From the NCBI RefSeq assembly GCF_006345805.1, contig NC_042999.1:116684001-116748000 (forward strand): DNA of 64,000 nucleotides. The letters are read 5' to 3'. The stretch is from Octopus sinensis (taxonomy: Eukaryota). Positions 11,841 through 25,745 of this stretch are shown piece by piece. Below the pieces are notes generated by a model. The model ran no database searches. It was not told the origin of the DNA and saw nothing but the letters and a program-made list of their open reading frames with translations. Numbering within the stretch: the first letter of the stretch is position 1; every line of letters starts with the position of its first letter. Position numbers and translations under genes: made by a program.

Positions 11841-13657
11841 TAAATGTGTGTGTCTATATGTCTATCTATATATCTATATATATATATATATATATATGGA
11901 AAAACGCCTTAGTAATAATGGAGCCACTTAATTAGTGGTGGGCTGTTGTTAATATCTTTTTGTTTTGTTTTCATTTTACTGTCCCAGTCTCTCCCTCACC
12001 CTTCTTTTGTCTCCTATAAATCTTTATTCAGTCTGCTTCATGTGTGAAGCAATCTCCTGTCCCCCACCTCAAATCCTAATCACTAATCTCCACCACTGCT
12101 GCTCTGCCACGGCAGAGGTTGTATGTATATGTCTCTCTCTTTCTTTCTCTATATGCTTGCTATTCTGTGTTCATATACGTGTGTGTGTGCTTTCGTGCGT
12201 GCGTGCACATATGAATGTAAACAGGGTCACCTGTAAAACTTACATTCAAGTACTGTTTACTAAACCAACTTCTCCCCCCTTTCCCTCCGATATATCCGGT
12301 AGAGAAGTTTCGCGGAGGAGCGCAGCGAAACCAGGCAAATGTCTGTAAGCTAAGTGTCAACAGAGACAGCCTGTTGCTTATGACCGGATAGCAAACAGAT
12401 AAAACTCAACTACAGAAAGAAAATCCTGTAGGTGTTTTCTTTTTTAAATTAGAAACAGGTTTAACATTATATTTCGGTGGGGTAGAGGAACAAAGAAAAA
12501 CAAATGTGTAAAGGACATAAATAACAAGCGAAAACAACAACAAAAACAAACTAAAAAAAAAATAACAGGCGGTTGAGAGAAACTCTTTGACTCTTAGCCA
12601 AATCAGGGCCTGGAGTTTGTTTTTAGATCTTTTTCCCCTTTTCAGTGGATTCCCATCATTCTGAAGAAGTTTACAAAAACAAATACAATAGTTTGTGCAA
12701 TAATACCTGCTACTGCTGCTTCATTGTCAAAACTTAACACTTTGGTTATTAGTTAATAGAATTAGTGTCAAGGAATATTTTTTATTTTTTAATTTAGATT
12801 TTACTTTTGATTGCGTTGTGGTAATTTATTTTTAACTCTGCAAACAGTCTGATCTACACCTATTGGAAGCCAGTGTAATGGTTACTGAATGCTGAATCGT
12901 TATCGTTAGTTGCTGTTTCAGGTTTTAAGCATCATCCCCTGTTAAACATTCATTTACGATGTTTATTATTGTTGTTCTGTGTGTGGTTAGCTAAGCAGAA
13001 CTGACACGGACTGGATTTCTATTTACTTCCTTAAGCCTTGTTCTGAAGCCAAATATCTCATCGCTAAATTTGCCTGCACATATTTCGAAGAACATTATTT
13101 TTACCATATAGATGTTTCTGATGACCATAATAATAGATAGTTAAGATTGTTTGTTTCACCAGTCTCGAAGAACATGTTATCTTATTTTGGTCGAGCAAAT
13201 GAGAATACGCCCTTACTCGATTTAAAGGAAATAGGCGCACAAATCTCCCTCAAGTAACACTAGTCTCTCAAAGGAAGAAACAATGCAGGCATACCTACAC
13301 CAATTTTATTTCCTCATAGCTTTCAGAAAAATAAAGATATTTTTTAATGAAATTTTCTAGAAATATGCTCCAGGTGGTGTTGATTACGATTATATCGGAA
13401 TTTTTTGTGGGGAGAGGAAATTTGTGAAATTCACTCAAGTCAGCTTTGTTTCCTCATAACTTTCAGGAAAATGGGTAATTTTTAATGAAATTTTCTAATT
13501 CTTTCAGAGGTGTATATTACGGTTATACCCGAATTTAATTTAAAAATATAAAAATATAAGTGGCGGAATCGTACACATACTGACACAGAACATACATATT
13601 GAAACTTGAAATTTCGGAAAAAATTGTGCTATGTGTCTGTCTTTCTGTGTGTATGTA

Positions 13658-13688
<31 letters not shown>

Positions 13689-14384
13689 ATGTATGTATGT
13701 ATGTATGTATGTATGTATGAATGTATGCTTGTATACATGCAAGCATAAGCTTTAAGAAGGCTAAATTTTTGATACAAACCTTATTACAATTGATAGATTT
13801 TAAGGACTTTCCAAAAATAAGTTTTCTCTTACTAGGATTTTACATTTGGAAAAGAATCATCTATAATGAACAGAATTAGAACTATTTACACTTATACTTA
13901 ATCTATGGCTATTTGGTACACTGATATATTTGTGGCAAATAGAACCTGTGATCAATTCCTTATCAGGAGAACTAACTCTTTAATTCTATGCCTTTAAGTA
14001 ATAATAACTATATTAGTATTGTATTAAAAATTGACATGATACAAGAGTGAAGTTCATGGTAAATAAGATCCATCATTTAATTTCAATTCAAAGATAAAGT
14101 GGCTTCACTTTTGCACCCCAAGTTTGAAATTTTTTGTTTTACTCCAACAACATTTTTCTAAAATCTCAACCACATCTAGCTTCATATAACAGATATCATA
14201 TATATAAAACTAGTTGTAAGTATCACTTTGGAACATTGTCATGTTGAAAACAATATTTTACCTTGTTTTCTATCTGTGTTGGTTGTCTTTATACAACTGG
14301 TATCTTTCATTGAAAGACTACATGAAATATATATATGTGTGTGTGTGTGTTAGGAAGGGCATATATATATATGTGTGTGTGTGT

Positions 14385-14531
14385 TAGGAAGGGCATCCAG
14401 CTGTAGAAACTCTGCCAGATCAGATTGGAGTCTGGTGCAGCCATCTGGTTCGCCAGTCCTCAGTCAGATTGTCCAACCCATGCTAGCATGGAAAGCAGAC
14501 GTTAAACGATGATGATGGTGATGATGATGAT
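14385..14531 (+). mobile_element. 5'-truncated family-C 3' end
   Basis: taggaagggcatccagctgtagaaactctgccagatcagattggag...aacccatgctagcatggaaagcagacgttaaacgatgatg. Confidence 0.85.
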
Positions 14532-17500
14532 ATAATTAAAGACTCAAAGTGTTTGGTTAGCAAACTGAGAGGACCCTTTTGTCTGGTTGAGAATTTGACA
14601 ATCTTTTCTTGTGTTGGTACTATGAAAAATTGCTGCCACAGATACCTACTGAAATAGAATGTGTTAGCAAGGCACATCTGACATATCTAGGAGGGCAATA
14701 AATAATTCCTAATAAAAATTTATTTGAACTGTGGTAATTTCAACCTATGTCAACCAGGGAAGTAGTTATAAAGTGGTGATAGTTAACTATTTTCTTTCTC
14801 TATTTCTGTTGAAATATGCTGCCATTGTTTCAGTTTGAGACAAAGTTGACTTTGGTAGGATTTGAACTGAAGAACAGCAAGTCAAAACAAATACCACGGA
14901 ATTTTCAGTCTTATACCCTTACAATTCAGCCAACTTTGTAAACATAGTATAAAGATCCTAATTGCTATAGATATTTTGTTAAGCAAAAATGCTATGGGAC
15001 ATTCAAACAGGAGCTAAAAATGAACATAGCTCTATGTTTTAGGTAGAAAATTTTTTAATGAGATGCCACTCCCAATTCACAGTGGTTAAGAGTTGTAAAC
15101 ATGAATTAATCTGATAAAAGTAACCATTTATAAAAGCGATAACTTCTTTGAATTCTGATTGCAATTTCTTCATATACTTTCCCTTGTTTTCAATGAAAGC
15201 TCACTAACTTTCACTATATATATATATATATACTTTGATCTTAACCAAACAGCCAAGAAGCACCACTTCACAATATGGTTTGGGATTCAGTCCCACAGCA
15301 TACCACCTTAAGGAAATGTTCTCTGTAGTCTTGGGCCAACCAAAAAATTGTAAATGGATTTAGTGGACAATAATTTTAAAAAAACATTATAGATATGTGT
15401 AAGTATATGTGTGTGTATATATATATATATATTGCGCTCACAGTGTTCTTGAGCAAAACACTTTGTTTCAGGTTGTTCCAGTTTACTCAGCTGCAAATTG
15501 GTAATCCTGTGATTGAATAGCCTTCCAACCAAGGGAAATATTGGCATGTTTACCTAACATGTGAGGTGGAATCATTCAAAAGCTAAAGCAATGTGAAACA
15601 CAGTAGACAACATCTGAAAGTCTAGTTGATACCATGATATATACTTAATTATTTATATTTACATATATACAATATATAAACATGTGTGTGCATATATTTC
15701 CATACTTTTGTTATAATTACTTGGGGAAAAAAACTTTTACTAAAGTAACTACGAAGCTGGATTTTTGGATAATGCTATCCCACCACACACTTGTATTTCC
15801 CTTTTAACCCAAAGCTTTAAATCTAGCATTTTATCCAAAGTATTTTGTACAAAAGTCTAAATGCACCAACATATTACTTTAATTTAGAAATTAACAATTT
15901 GTTTGATACTTGCTTGAAATTTTATGATAAATTTCATACAGCTAAATTTAGCTATTGGTAGCCATTGAAAAATTAGTAATTGGTGTGTAGTTAGTCATCA
16001 TCACATCTACACATCTGACTGCATTGCAAGCAGTCTTGCTGCAGAGAGTCTCTCTCCTATATTTTACATACTTAAATCTCTAGCTGTAATGGCTGAAGTT
16101 TTTAACAGCTGAGGATTTGTTTATTGCTATAGTAAATTGAATTTGGAAAGCCTGAACTCTTGAAATGATTTTTTTTCATTACTGTAATTAGCTTTATTCA
16201 AACATTTTTTTTTTCTTTTTACATCATCTATTTTACCCATTTATTATGAAAGTTTTGTCTATTAAGATGTTTAGTAAATATTTTAATTTAATATACTTGA
16301 CTGGATTAATTTAAGGATGCTCATTCAGTTTACAAGCTATGAAAACACTTATTTCACTAATTTTAACAATACTCTGATGTCAGATTAGCTTTCACATCTT
16401 ATTCAAGTAAATAATTTTAAAGCTTGTGAAATGTTCAAGAGACTTCTGGTAATAATCAATTAAGATATTACGTAGAACAAACATTTCAAAGTAGCTCAAG
16501 ATTTTGCTCTAATTAAACATATTTTCTCTTTCTAATTTTAGCATTTATTTACACAACGGATGATCAAAATTCACATCTGTTCAAACTATCTATCACAGCA
16601 GTGTTTCTCTAAACTTTTGGGATAGCTCTTCGCATTTAATGTACGATTAACATATAACATTATGTAAAGATATCTGACAACTATCTACTGCCAAAATATA
16701 TTAAAACTGTAACAAATGTGTATTGGTGAAGGATATGGTCTATTATATATTTTAGCTTTATACTCTACAAGTATTCTATCGAATGTGGTTTTAAAATTTT
16801 AGATCTTTCTGATATTTGAAAATAATGTAACTGGAACCCAAAATGAAAATAATAAAACTTTCTATAGAGGCCAGGAAAACAATCATTGAGAAATGTTTTG
16901 GGGATTCACAGATGTCTTATCCAAGAGTTGGTTTGTTCCATCCATTAATGCTATGAAGTTGAGTCTCTAAAGAAATGGCTTGTATGAGATTTTCTGGGAT
17001 TTTGTAACCTTCCTTTTTTATCATATCTTATATACACATGTATATGTTTGTATATGTATGCATGTACAGAATGTATGTATACATGTGTGTGTATAAATTC
17101 TATTTGTCAATAATCATGTTTAAATACAGTGTCTTATGAACTAAAACTCATGTTTCATTAAGTTTAATGAAGAACAGTTTCAATGAAGTTCCTTGTTTCC
17201 TTTGTTATTGAGAAATATTAATAGTCCTTGCAAGAATGAAAAAGTATAAGGAATGAGTTAAGTTTCCTCAAATGGCTATTGAAACCATGCTGCATGTTTG
17301 ACTTTCTAGAAGTTAATCATCACTTTACAGGCCTGAGTTGTTGAATTGCACAGCGCAAAGTAAAATCAAAAGTGATATACCAATTAAAACAATTCCCTTA
17401 AATTAGTGGCATTATTAACTGGTTTAAACTTTAATTAGTATTTTGTTGAACTGAATATAATTTAAAGATTGCAAAAGTATTTCTTTTATAAACAGCTGGC

Positions 17501-18527
17501 TGTGGTGGGAGAGAATGAACTAAATGTGAAAATCAAGTATTCTTGGACTATTTTAATTAGTCTTTTCTAAGCAGTAATTATAAGTTCTGCATTTGATATG
17601 GGTTTATTTTAATTCTTCCATCTATTAATTAAAGTTATCAGTTGTAGATTTAAATAAGCATTTCATGTTGAAATTTACTTTTTATTCTTCATTCATATGC
17701 AACTCCTTATTCTAGTAATATTATGGACTGTTTATTCTTCCTTTTTGTGAAATGATTTGGAGAGAAATCAAGATTTTGTTGTTAGTATTATTTATCTTGT
17801 AAATCCGACTTGTATGTACTGTTCCTCCATGACTGATAATGCAGCAGCTTGTCTGGAACTGTAATTACATGTATGTAATTAATTTCTTGTTACTAGAGAA
17901 GTGTATAGCTAGCCTCATCTTTTCTGTTTCAGTCCCTGTCATATTTTGATGGGTACATTTAAGCATCATATCGCTACACAATGCATGCACACACACTCGC
18001 ACACAGACACACACATGTGTGCAGCTTTGAGCAATGATGAGCTGGAGAAAACTTAAGTAGAGCAAGAAAATAGATTGATTTTGAAAACAAAGCTAGAGTT
18101 AAGTTCCATGAAATTCATATTACTTTGTTACTATTATAATATTTATATGTAGCATAATGTAAAACAAATCATGGTTCTATATCTACTATTGTATAACAAT
18201 GATATGGCAGAGTGACAGTTATGTAGATGTTGTGTGATACCATCTTTACTTTTGTATGGTCATAATGTGACTATATTTTATATGATATGATAAAATATAT
18301 GACATAATTATGGCATGTCATATTTACTATTAAATTATAATACACTAACACTTTCTAGTCAAATAAATCATCATTTAAGAAAAAAAATTCTTCCCAAATT
18401 TAGTTACCTGATGGCTTTTAAAAGACCACATTCCACATTGCCCATAACAATATTCTTATTTTGTGTGTGTATATGAGAAATATGCATGCTCATATATTTG
18501 TAAATAAATCTTGTTTCTCCATTTTAG

Positions 18528-18579
18528 CATGAATTTGTTGGTTCTAAAAACAACTTCAGTATTTGCACAAAAGTTTGAT
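18528..18579 (+). other. Candidate 52-nt cassette exon with ATG (MNLLVLKTTSVFAQKFD, phase 0 end)
   Basis: Acceptor ttgtttctccattttAG and donor GAT|GTGAGT are both near consensus. No homology support. Confidence 0.25.
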
Positions 18580-18986
18580 GTGAGTTTTCTTATTAGCATT
18601 GAGTACTGTTCCTAACACTGAACACTCGAATGTGAAATATGTATTTTCAATGTAGCCTGAAGAATGCAATGTAAATAGATTTTGCTTATGATCCTAACAC
18701 CAAGTCTGTGGTTCAGTGTGAAACTGATAATCTTTCGTGGTATGTTGTAGAGAACTTTGATCAGTCAGTTACCAAGTCTTAACAGCTCACTCATCATTTA
18801 GCCACCTTCATACTTACTTGCAGCCAAATCTTGGGAAAGGAGAAAAACAAAAACAAAAAAAAATCTAGAAAGACAATTAGTTATAACAGCATGTATTTAT
18901 GAAGACTGGCAATTTTTGGCACTGAAGATTTTGTTTTATCATTGCTTCAAAGGCTTCTGAGGCTGGAGATTTGATATGATGCTAAA

Positions 18987-19057
<71 letters not shown>

Positions 19058-21026
19058 GCACGCACATACATTAAGAAACCTTACATTTAATGTGACATCA
19101 CAGTCAATGAGTTATCTGGGGTGTGGTTAGCATTAACTAATCTAAAAATGCTGAATGAAGAGAAAAATCCTGTTTCCAATATTCTAATATTGTTGCATAT
19201 TTTCTTGTAACTGAAACAAAGTTCTGGAACAACAGGCATCAGTATTTTATTACCTGTCTTCTCAGTAATAATGATGGAAATCATGTCAAGTAGATTTTAT
19301 ACTTCCTTTATCTCAAAAAGTCTTTATCTGATAGTCTCTCTGTGCTTTTTTTGTAAAAGTTTTCTCAGTATTCTAGTTGTTACTTTTCTTACATGAAAGT
19401 CAGTTGTTTCTTTTTGTTTTGTTTTTTTCTTTATAGTTTGTTCCCAGCCAAACTGCCTCAGATAAGCTTTTTTTTTTTTTTTTGTTAATTATTCTGCTTC
19501 GCCCTGAAATATTAAATGTTTTATTTATATATTTATTTATTGTGTTCTTCATCGTATTTGTATGTGTGTGTGTGTGTGTTTGAAGGACATCTTTCAAGTT
19601 GATTATAAGACAATTTACTATGACTCTTTGTATTTCAGAAGCAGAGAAACAGATACAGACAGACAAAACAGGGAACTACAGATTCCACCTAAGTATGAGT
19701 TTAAAATAGCTCACTCAAGCTGTGATTGTCTCCCCAACCCAACCCGGCCCTCAGCTCCCTACCCTGTCCATCTAGTGCCTACAATACTACATGGGGAGGC
19801 CATTCCATTTTATTTTCTGTTTGTATGCACATTAGAAGGATGCTATTTATTGTTCATGTGCTTGTAACATTTTGTGTTGTCACATTTTCATTATATGGCT
19901 AATAGTAATAACTCATTGTATAGGCAGATAAACATCAAGCATAATTTGTTGGGAACTTTATGTGGTCTCTTAGCAACTTCCCATTGAAACATGTAGGATA
20001 ATTCTGTTATAGTTGAAAGGTTAATGTTCAAGTTGGGGAAAAAAATGGAAAAACCCCACTGTAATGTATTTGAATTTTTCTATTGAAGATATTTCTTTCC
20101 ACTAAATTCTAGAAATACGTTGTCTGGCATAAAAGCTTGATAATATAATGCTAGGCATTTTACCATGTATCTGTCTTATAGTTTCATATTCTTTTGTATA
20201 GATGTGTAATTTTTATCCAAATAGATTTCATTTAGATTTTATAAACTTGATATATCAGTTGCATTTTGTAGGTGTCCTGTTTTGATGTTGTTATTGGTTC
20301 TATGCATGGATGTTGTGTGTATATCTATCGTTTAATCAATTTGATTATTTGATGTGACTTTAATGGAGATCATGTTTGAATTTCACCTGTGATATTTATC
20401 CATCAACTGTTTTCAGTCTCTCTTTTTATCATAACACTGTAGTGGTTTAGTTGCTATAAACTTTATCAAAGGCAAGGTCATAGTTAATATGTACTACCAC
20501 TGTCTACTGTTTATTAACAAATACTATTTTGTTCCAATGTTCCAACCTTCTTGATTTGTTCCTTGCTAAATATTCTGATTCTCACCTCAACCAACACTCT
20601 AGAACTGCATGTCTTATAACAATAATATTTTCGCTATAAGAAATATAATTCCAAATCAATGAATACAAAATAAATTTTTTATTCTAAACATATCTTCTTA
20701 TGAGACTCAGTCAGGGGTGGATTGTTCAGGCACCCCACTTTTTTTCTCTTTTTTTTTCTATGATGGCCAAGTCAAAGGACAATGGGCAGTGCTCACCTCT
20801 GACCTTCTCACTGAGCCTCTGCAACTATCGGTGAGAAGAGGAGAGTATTCTGATATTTTCAGAGTAGGTATCAAATCCAAATCCTTATAACAGGGTGCAG
20901 TCTGCTAAAAGTACTCAAGAACCAAGTGTGGTGTTAAACCAGGTGACAAATTAAGTCCACCATTGAAATTAAAGTCTACCTTCTTGAGCTACAAAAACAC
21001 TTATGCAATATATATGTTTATTTTCA

Positions 21027-21227
21027 AGGTGGCAAGCTGGCAGAAACGTTAGCATGCCAGGCGAAATGCTTATCTGTATTTCATCTGTCTTTACGTTCTG
21101 AATTCAAATTCTGCTGAGGTCGACTTGCCTTTCATCCTTTTGGGGTCAATAAATTAAGTACCAGTTGTGTTTAATCAACTGGCCCCCTCCCCAAAAATTT
21201 CAGGCCTTGTGCCTAGAGCAGAAAAGA
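21027..21227 (+). mobile_element. Family-B SINE with 17-bp TSD
   Basis: ATATATGTTTATTTTCA at 21010-21026 and 21228-21244. Confidence 0.9.
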
Positions 21228-22579
21228 ATATATGTTTATTTTCACATTTTCTACACACTCTGTAAACAGAGTACTCTGTCATCTAAAACACATGGCACTT
21301 ATTTTGTAAACCAATATTGAAGTTTACTTATAATATTCAGCATATCTTGTTTTGGTACTTGTAATATACCACTCATTGATGGCAGGTGGAAATTTACTCT
21401 TCACTCCTCTGGTTGCTTTCATCACTAAGTGGTGATTTCTAGGAAAAGTAATTGGTAACTAAAGACATTGACTACCGAAATACTGACTACTATGGGACTT
21501 GTAAACTTTCACTTATATTACTTATATTATATCATAAGTTCATTTTCCTTTTTGCTGTAGCTGTGTATGAATACACACATAAATAACCATCTTAAATTAG
21601 GATTCAGCATTATATAAATCATACATCTTTATATGGTGTAAGCTTTAAATGTGGTAATTAAGAGGCCTCTAAATCCTCACCTTAGGCTCTGTTAGCTATG
21701 TTACAGATATGATCTTTGAGTACACAGTACAGTGTAATCGAGTAAATTGGTAAGTGTAATATAATATAGTTGATTGAAGAGAGAAATTAATCATTGCCTT
21801 CTTTGTTGTGTTTGTTACACTATTTCGCCTAGTGTGATCTGCAATCAGTCTCAGGAAATGAATGTGGTGCTGCCATTGATACTTGAGCTGGGAACAATTG
21901 TATAATGATCTTAATGACAATGATATTGGCAGTCGTTGTCGTAGTGCAGGTGGTGGTGTTTGGGTGGGTGGGCAGGTGATAGCAGCAGTGGTTCAATATG
22001 GTGACTGATTTTTCAGCTAAATGTTAATATTAGAGAACTAGAGAGCAAGCAATACAGTGAACAGAGAACGCATCTCATAGACTGACTGATACAAAAAAAA
22101 ATTACTACCTATATTTCATTTCTTCACAACAATTCTTTAAATAAATCTGTAACAGCATGCATATGAACACACACACAACACATTCAAATATTCACACTTA
22201 TATACATGATTATAGTGCAATTTGAATAGTTTACCATTGGTTCTGTTATTTTTTTTAAGTTCCTGGTCATATGATTTCTTCAAACAGTTTAAAAGTTGTC
22301 CAATGTGTTACTCTTGTTGTCTTTGAAGACTGTAGATAAATAAAAATAAGGATTTGTAATCATCATCATTATCATCATCATCATCATGCAGGCATGGCGT
22401 GGATGGCTTGACAGGATCCGATGGGCCCCAAGGACTGCATCATGCTTGGGTGCCTGCTTTGGCATGAATTGTTGCTATGGCTTGATACCCTCCCTAATGC
22501 CAACCACTTTATAGCATTATTGGCTGCTTTTTTTTTTATGCCACCAAAACATGCAGCTTGCAAGACTATGAACACTGAG

Positions 22580-23300
22580 GAGGAATCCTTATGATAGGAG
22601 ATGAGGAGGAAGAGATCAGTGCAGAACAGGTTTCTTGCTGCAGGCACATGACTACTCATATTTTAGAAGAGAGGGTGGAAGTGATCAGGTGCAGCTGGAA
22701 AGAGATAAAAATAGTAGTGATGAGGTGTGTGAGTGGACCCTCAAGATACAAAGTGAGCTGAAGTGAGTGAGAAAGAGGAACTAGGAGTGTGAATGGGTGA
22801 ATGTTGCAGGAGTGTATGGAAGAGTGAGAGATGGGTAATAGGGGAGGGGAAATAGGCCACAACTGTAAAGATTGGGTGGGGTTTAAGGATGGATAAGGTG
22901 TGAAGGATGACCACTAATGCATGGGCTGGAGGAAGTAGGAGATGACTGACGGTGCATTAAAAAAAGTGGAGAGAACAGCAGAACAGTAATGATGATATAG
23001 TAGACAGGAGGAGGATGAGAGAGAGATGATATGTGATTGGGTAGGTTGTGCGTGTGTGTGGAGCTATAGACAGAAACAGGTGTAGTGTATGAGGATTGTG
23101 AGAGACATTATGGTGGAGGTGAGATAATTTGGTGTCTCAGTGGGGGTGGGGCTGATCAATGTAAAGTGTGGGTGGAGAGAACAGTATTAATAGATGTAGG
23201 ATGGACAAGTAGTACCCACCCATTTAGCTGTAAGAGAAGTAAGTGGTTTCAAGGAAAAGTTGTAGTTAGAGGGATGATGGGTGGTGGGAGTGCCTTGAAG
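22580..23300 (-). mobile_element. Old purine-rich (on +) LINE-like remnant, possibly a CR1/L2/Jockey 3' region
   Basis: Locally higher GC and strong strand asymmetry. Minus-strand translation is P/H/S/L-rich, like CR1-type ORF2 C-termini. No diagnostic motif read. Confidence 0.3.
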
Positions 23301-23329
23301 AGGAAATTGGGTGAAAAGCCCAGATGTGT

Positions 23330-23930
23330 ACATGTATACATGCACAGCACTTCCAGAACTCAGTTTCAGAGTTGGGCAGGTCTTTCTGAGAACCCCATAT
23401 CACCAGTCATTCTGGTTCTTTGTCATCTTTTTTGAGACTCATCCAATGACTTCCTGAGTTTCTCTCTTTCATAAGCGCTATCTACATTAAATAATTGGCA
23501 CTTATTTATGAAACTGTCCTCTTTCAAATACATCGCCTGTCCATACAAGTGCAGTATTCTTTCTGACACACTACATCTTATTCCTTTTATACCCAGTTTT
23601 TGTTTTAGCACATTTGTACTATACCATTCATGCCCACTTACATTACACTTCCAACAGAGCATGCTTGCTGTAATTTTCCAGTCTTCTCAAATCCTCTACA
23701 ATCAAGGTTTATGCAGTATCACAGTTCTTACACAAATATTGAACAATCTGCCTTTCACTCTGAGAGAAAATTCCTTTGTTGCCAACAGTGGAAGTAGCTC
23801 CCTGAACTCCAACCAATTCTTACTCAGCCTAGTTTGCTTTCCTAGGTAACAAAAGTTATTAACAACTTCTAGTGAGCCATCCAAGCATTTAAGAGAATCT
23901 ATTTCTGGTGTGCTCATAGTATAAAGTGCA
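23330..23930 (-). mobile_element. RTE-clade LINE remnant
   Basis: ORFs 23702-23917 (SLEVVNNFCYLG...FRELLPLLATKEFSLRVKGRLFNICVRTVILH) and 23423-23662 are homologous to the + strand RTE copy at 33.6-34.3 kb. Confidence 0.85.
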
Positions 23931-25600
23931 TCAGTGTATCTATCATATATTAAGCTTACATAATTTTTCTACATTTCTTATGTGCCCATAGCTTGCATTG
24001 GGTTTAGATTATAAAGTTTATACCTACTCCTTTACTACATATCGAGCAAAGCCACTTTCCTGAAAAGAACAGTCCTGTTATGTTTTGTATATTATGAACT
24101 GTTGCAGAACTTTTTCCAGTGAAGAGTGGCGCATTATCTTTTTATGTACCATGTGTCCCAGCATGGCCACAGCTAAATGGGTGGGTACTACTAAAAGATT
24201 TTGAAGTGAAACTGAAGTTGGTTTGGAAATTTTTTCGTTCTTTTTTTTTTTTTTAAAAAGTCTTTTTTAAGATACCAACATAGGTTTTTAGATTAATTCA
24301 GATATATAATTTACTTTGTTATTCTGAAGTATATTAAACATGGAATCATTGTTCTTATCTAAATCTCTAAGAAATTAATTTGCAAATATTTTTTCTCCCC
24401 ACCCCAAAGACAATTAGTATCTTGAATTTAAAGATTTGTAATTTTGTTTCTTTCACTTGTCTGTTTTTGGAGAATAGCTCTTGCTGCCAGGTTGAGCAAA
24501 ATAATGCTTGTTATATTTATTTAACCATTGGCTATTTTAATGCATAATTATACCTATATGCATACATATATATAAATAAATAAATAAATATATATATATA
24601 TATATCAACATACACATATACACAATTCTGTTTGCCAGTCTCAGTTATATACACCTTTCTTTGGCACCAGATTAGCATGGTTGTTATGGAGATCTTCATT
24701 TACCTAGGCACCAGAATCGTTCTCTTTGTTAGTATGAATTTAGATAAAGCACAATCATACCACACTGACATCAGCTTGGCTACTGACCAAGTAAAGATTA
24801 GTGCCTTGCTCAAGAATATAATTTAACATCTGCAAAACTCATGGTATATGAGCTTTTTTTTTTTTTTTTTTGACTTACAATGGATAATACTGAGTTACAA
24901 AATATACCACCCACTACCATGATTCTCACTTCAGAATTTTAAAAATAGGATATTAGATTTTTGAAATAGGTACAAAGTTTTAGTCGGAGAAATAGGAAAT
25001 GTTAAGATTTAGAGGCAATCATGAATTTCTCAAAAGTATAAGTGATGTGTGAAATGAAGCCAGCAGCAGTTGGGCAGTGAAACAAATTTTATGATTCAAG
25101 AAACTAAAAAGTAAGTGTTACTGCAAAGAAGCATAAAAGTATTGACATCATGTGCTGGCAAAATATTTACTGATTTATTAGAGCGGTGAAGTAAGATTTT
25201 ATGTCAAACATACTTTTCTTAAAAACTCAAAAGTAGAGAATTGGTTTAAAGAAAGATAATTGATATCAAATAATTGTTTGTTTATTTAGGATTTATTTTT
25301 AAAAGGCATAAAGGCCTTTATATTTTAAGAGGATGAAAATATGAAGCTGTGTCATTGATGCATTTCATAAGAATAATTATTTGTGGTACTCAAGTGAAAA
25401 TGGCTTCTGCCAGGAACCAAAATCAGCTCACACACTTGGCTTGCTGGAAGTCTCCTTCTTAATTAATCTGCAGCAGCAGCAATAGTTGTCATAATATTGA
25501 ATATTGATAGCCTGAATTGTCTCTTCATTACTCACTCAGACTGTCTGTCAGTCTACTGACCCTAACATAAATATTAATGCAATTTTTACAGACCTTGGGA

Positions 25601-25745
25601 ATATGAATATGGATGATAATAATAATAATAATAATATGAATATGGATAATAATAATAATAATAATAATAACAATAATATGAATATGGATAATAATAATAA
25701 TAATAATAATAATAGCAATAATAATAATAATAATAATAATAATGA
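25601..25745. repeat. (AAT)n tract containing three ATATGAATATGGAT spacers
   Basis: Spacer at about 25601, 25636 and 25677. Confidence 0.9.

Larger units (their letters stand above)
10020..13650. promoter_or_regulatory. CpG-retaining island, candidate internal promoter or enhancer; GC-rich core at about 12100-12400
   Basis: Hand tally gives roughly 55-60 CpG in about 3.4 kb excluding the SINE, against about 9 CpG in positions 1-5000. Core sequence ccgatatatccggtagagaagtttcgcggaggagcgcagcgaaacc. Confidence 0.6.
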
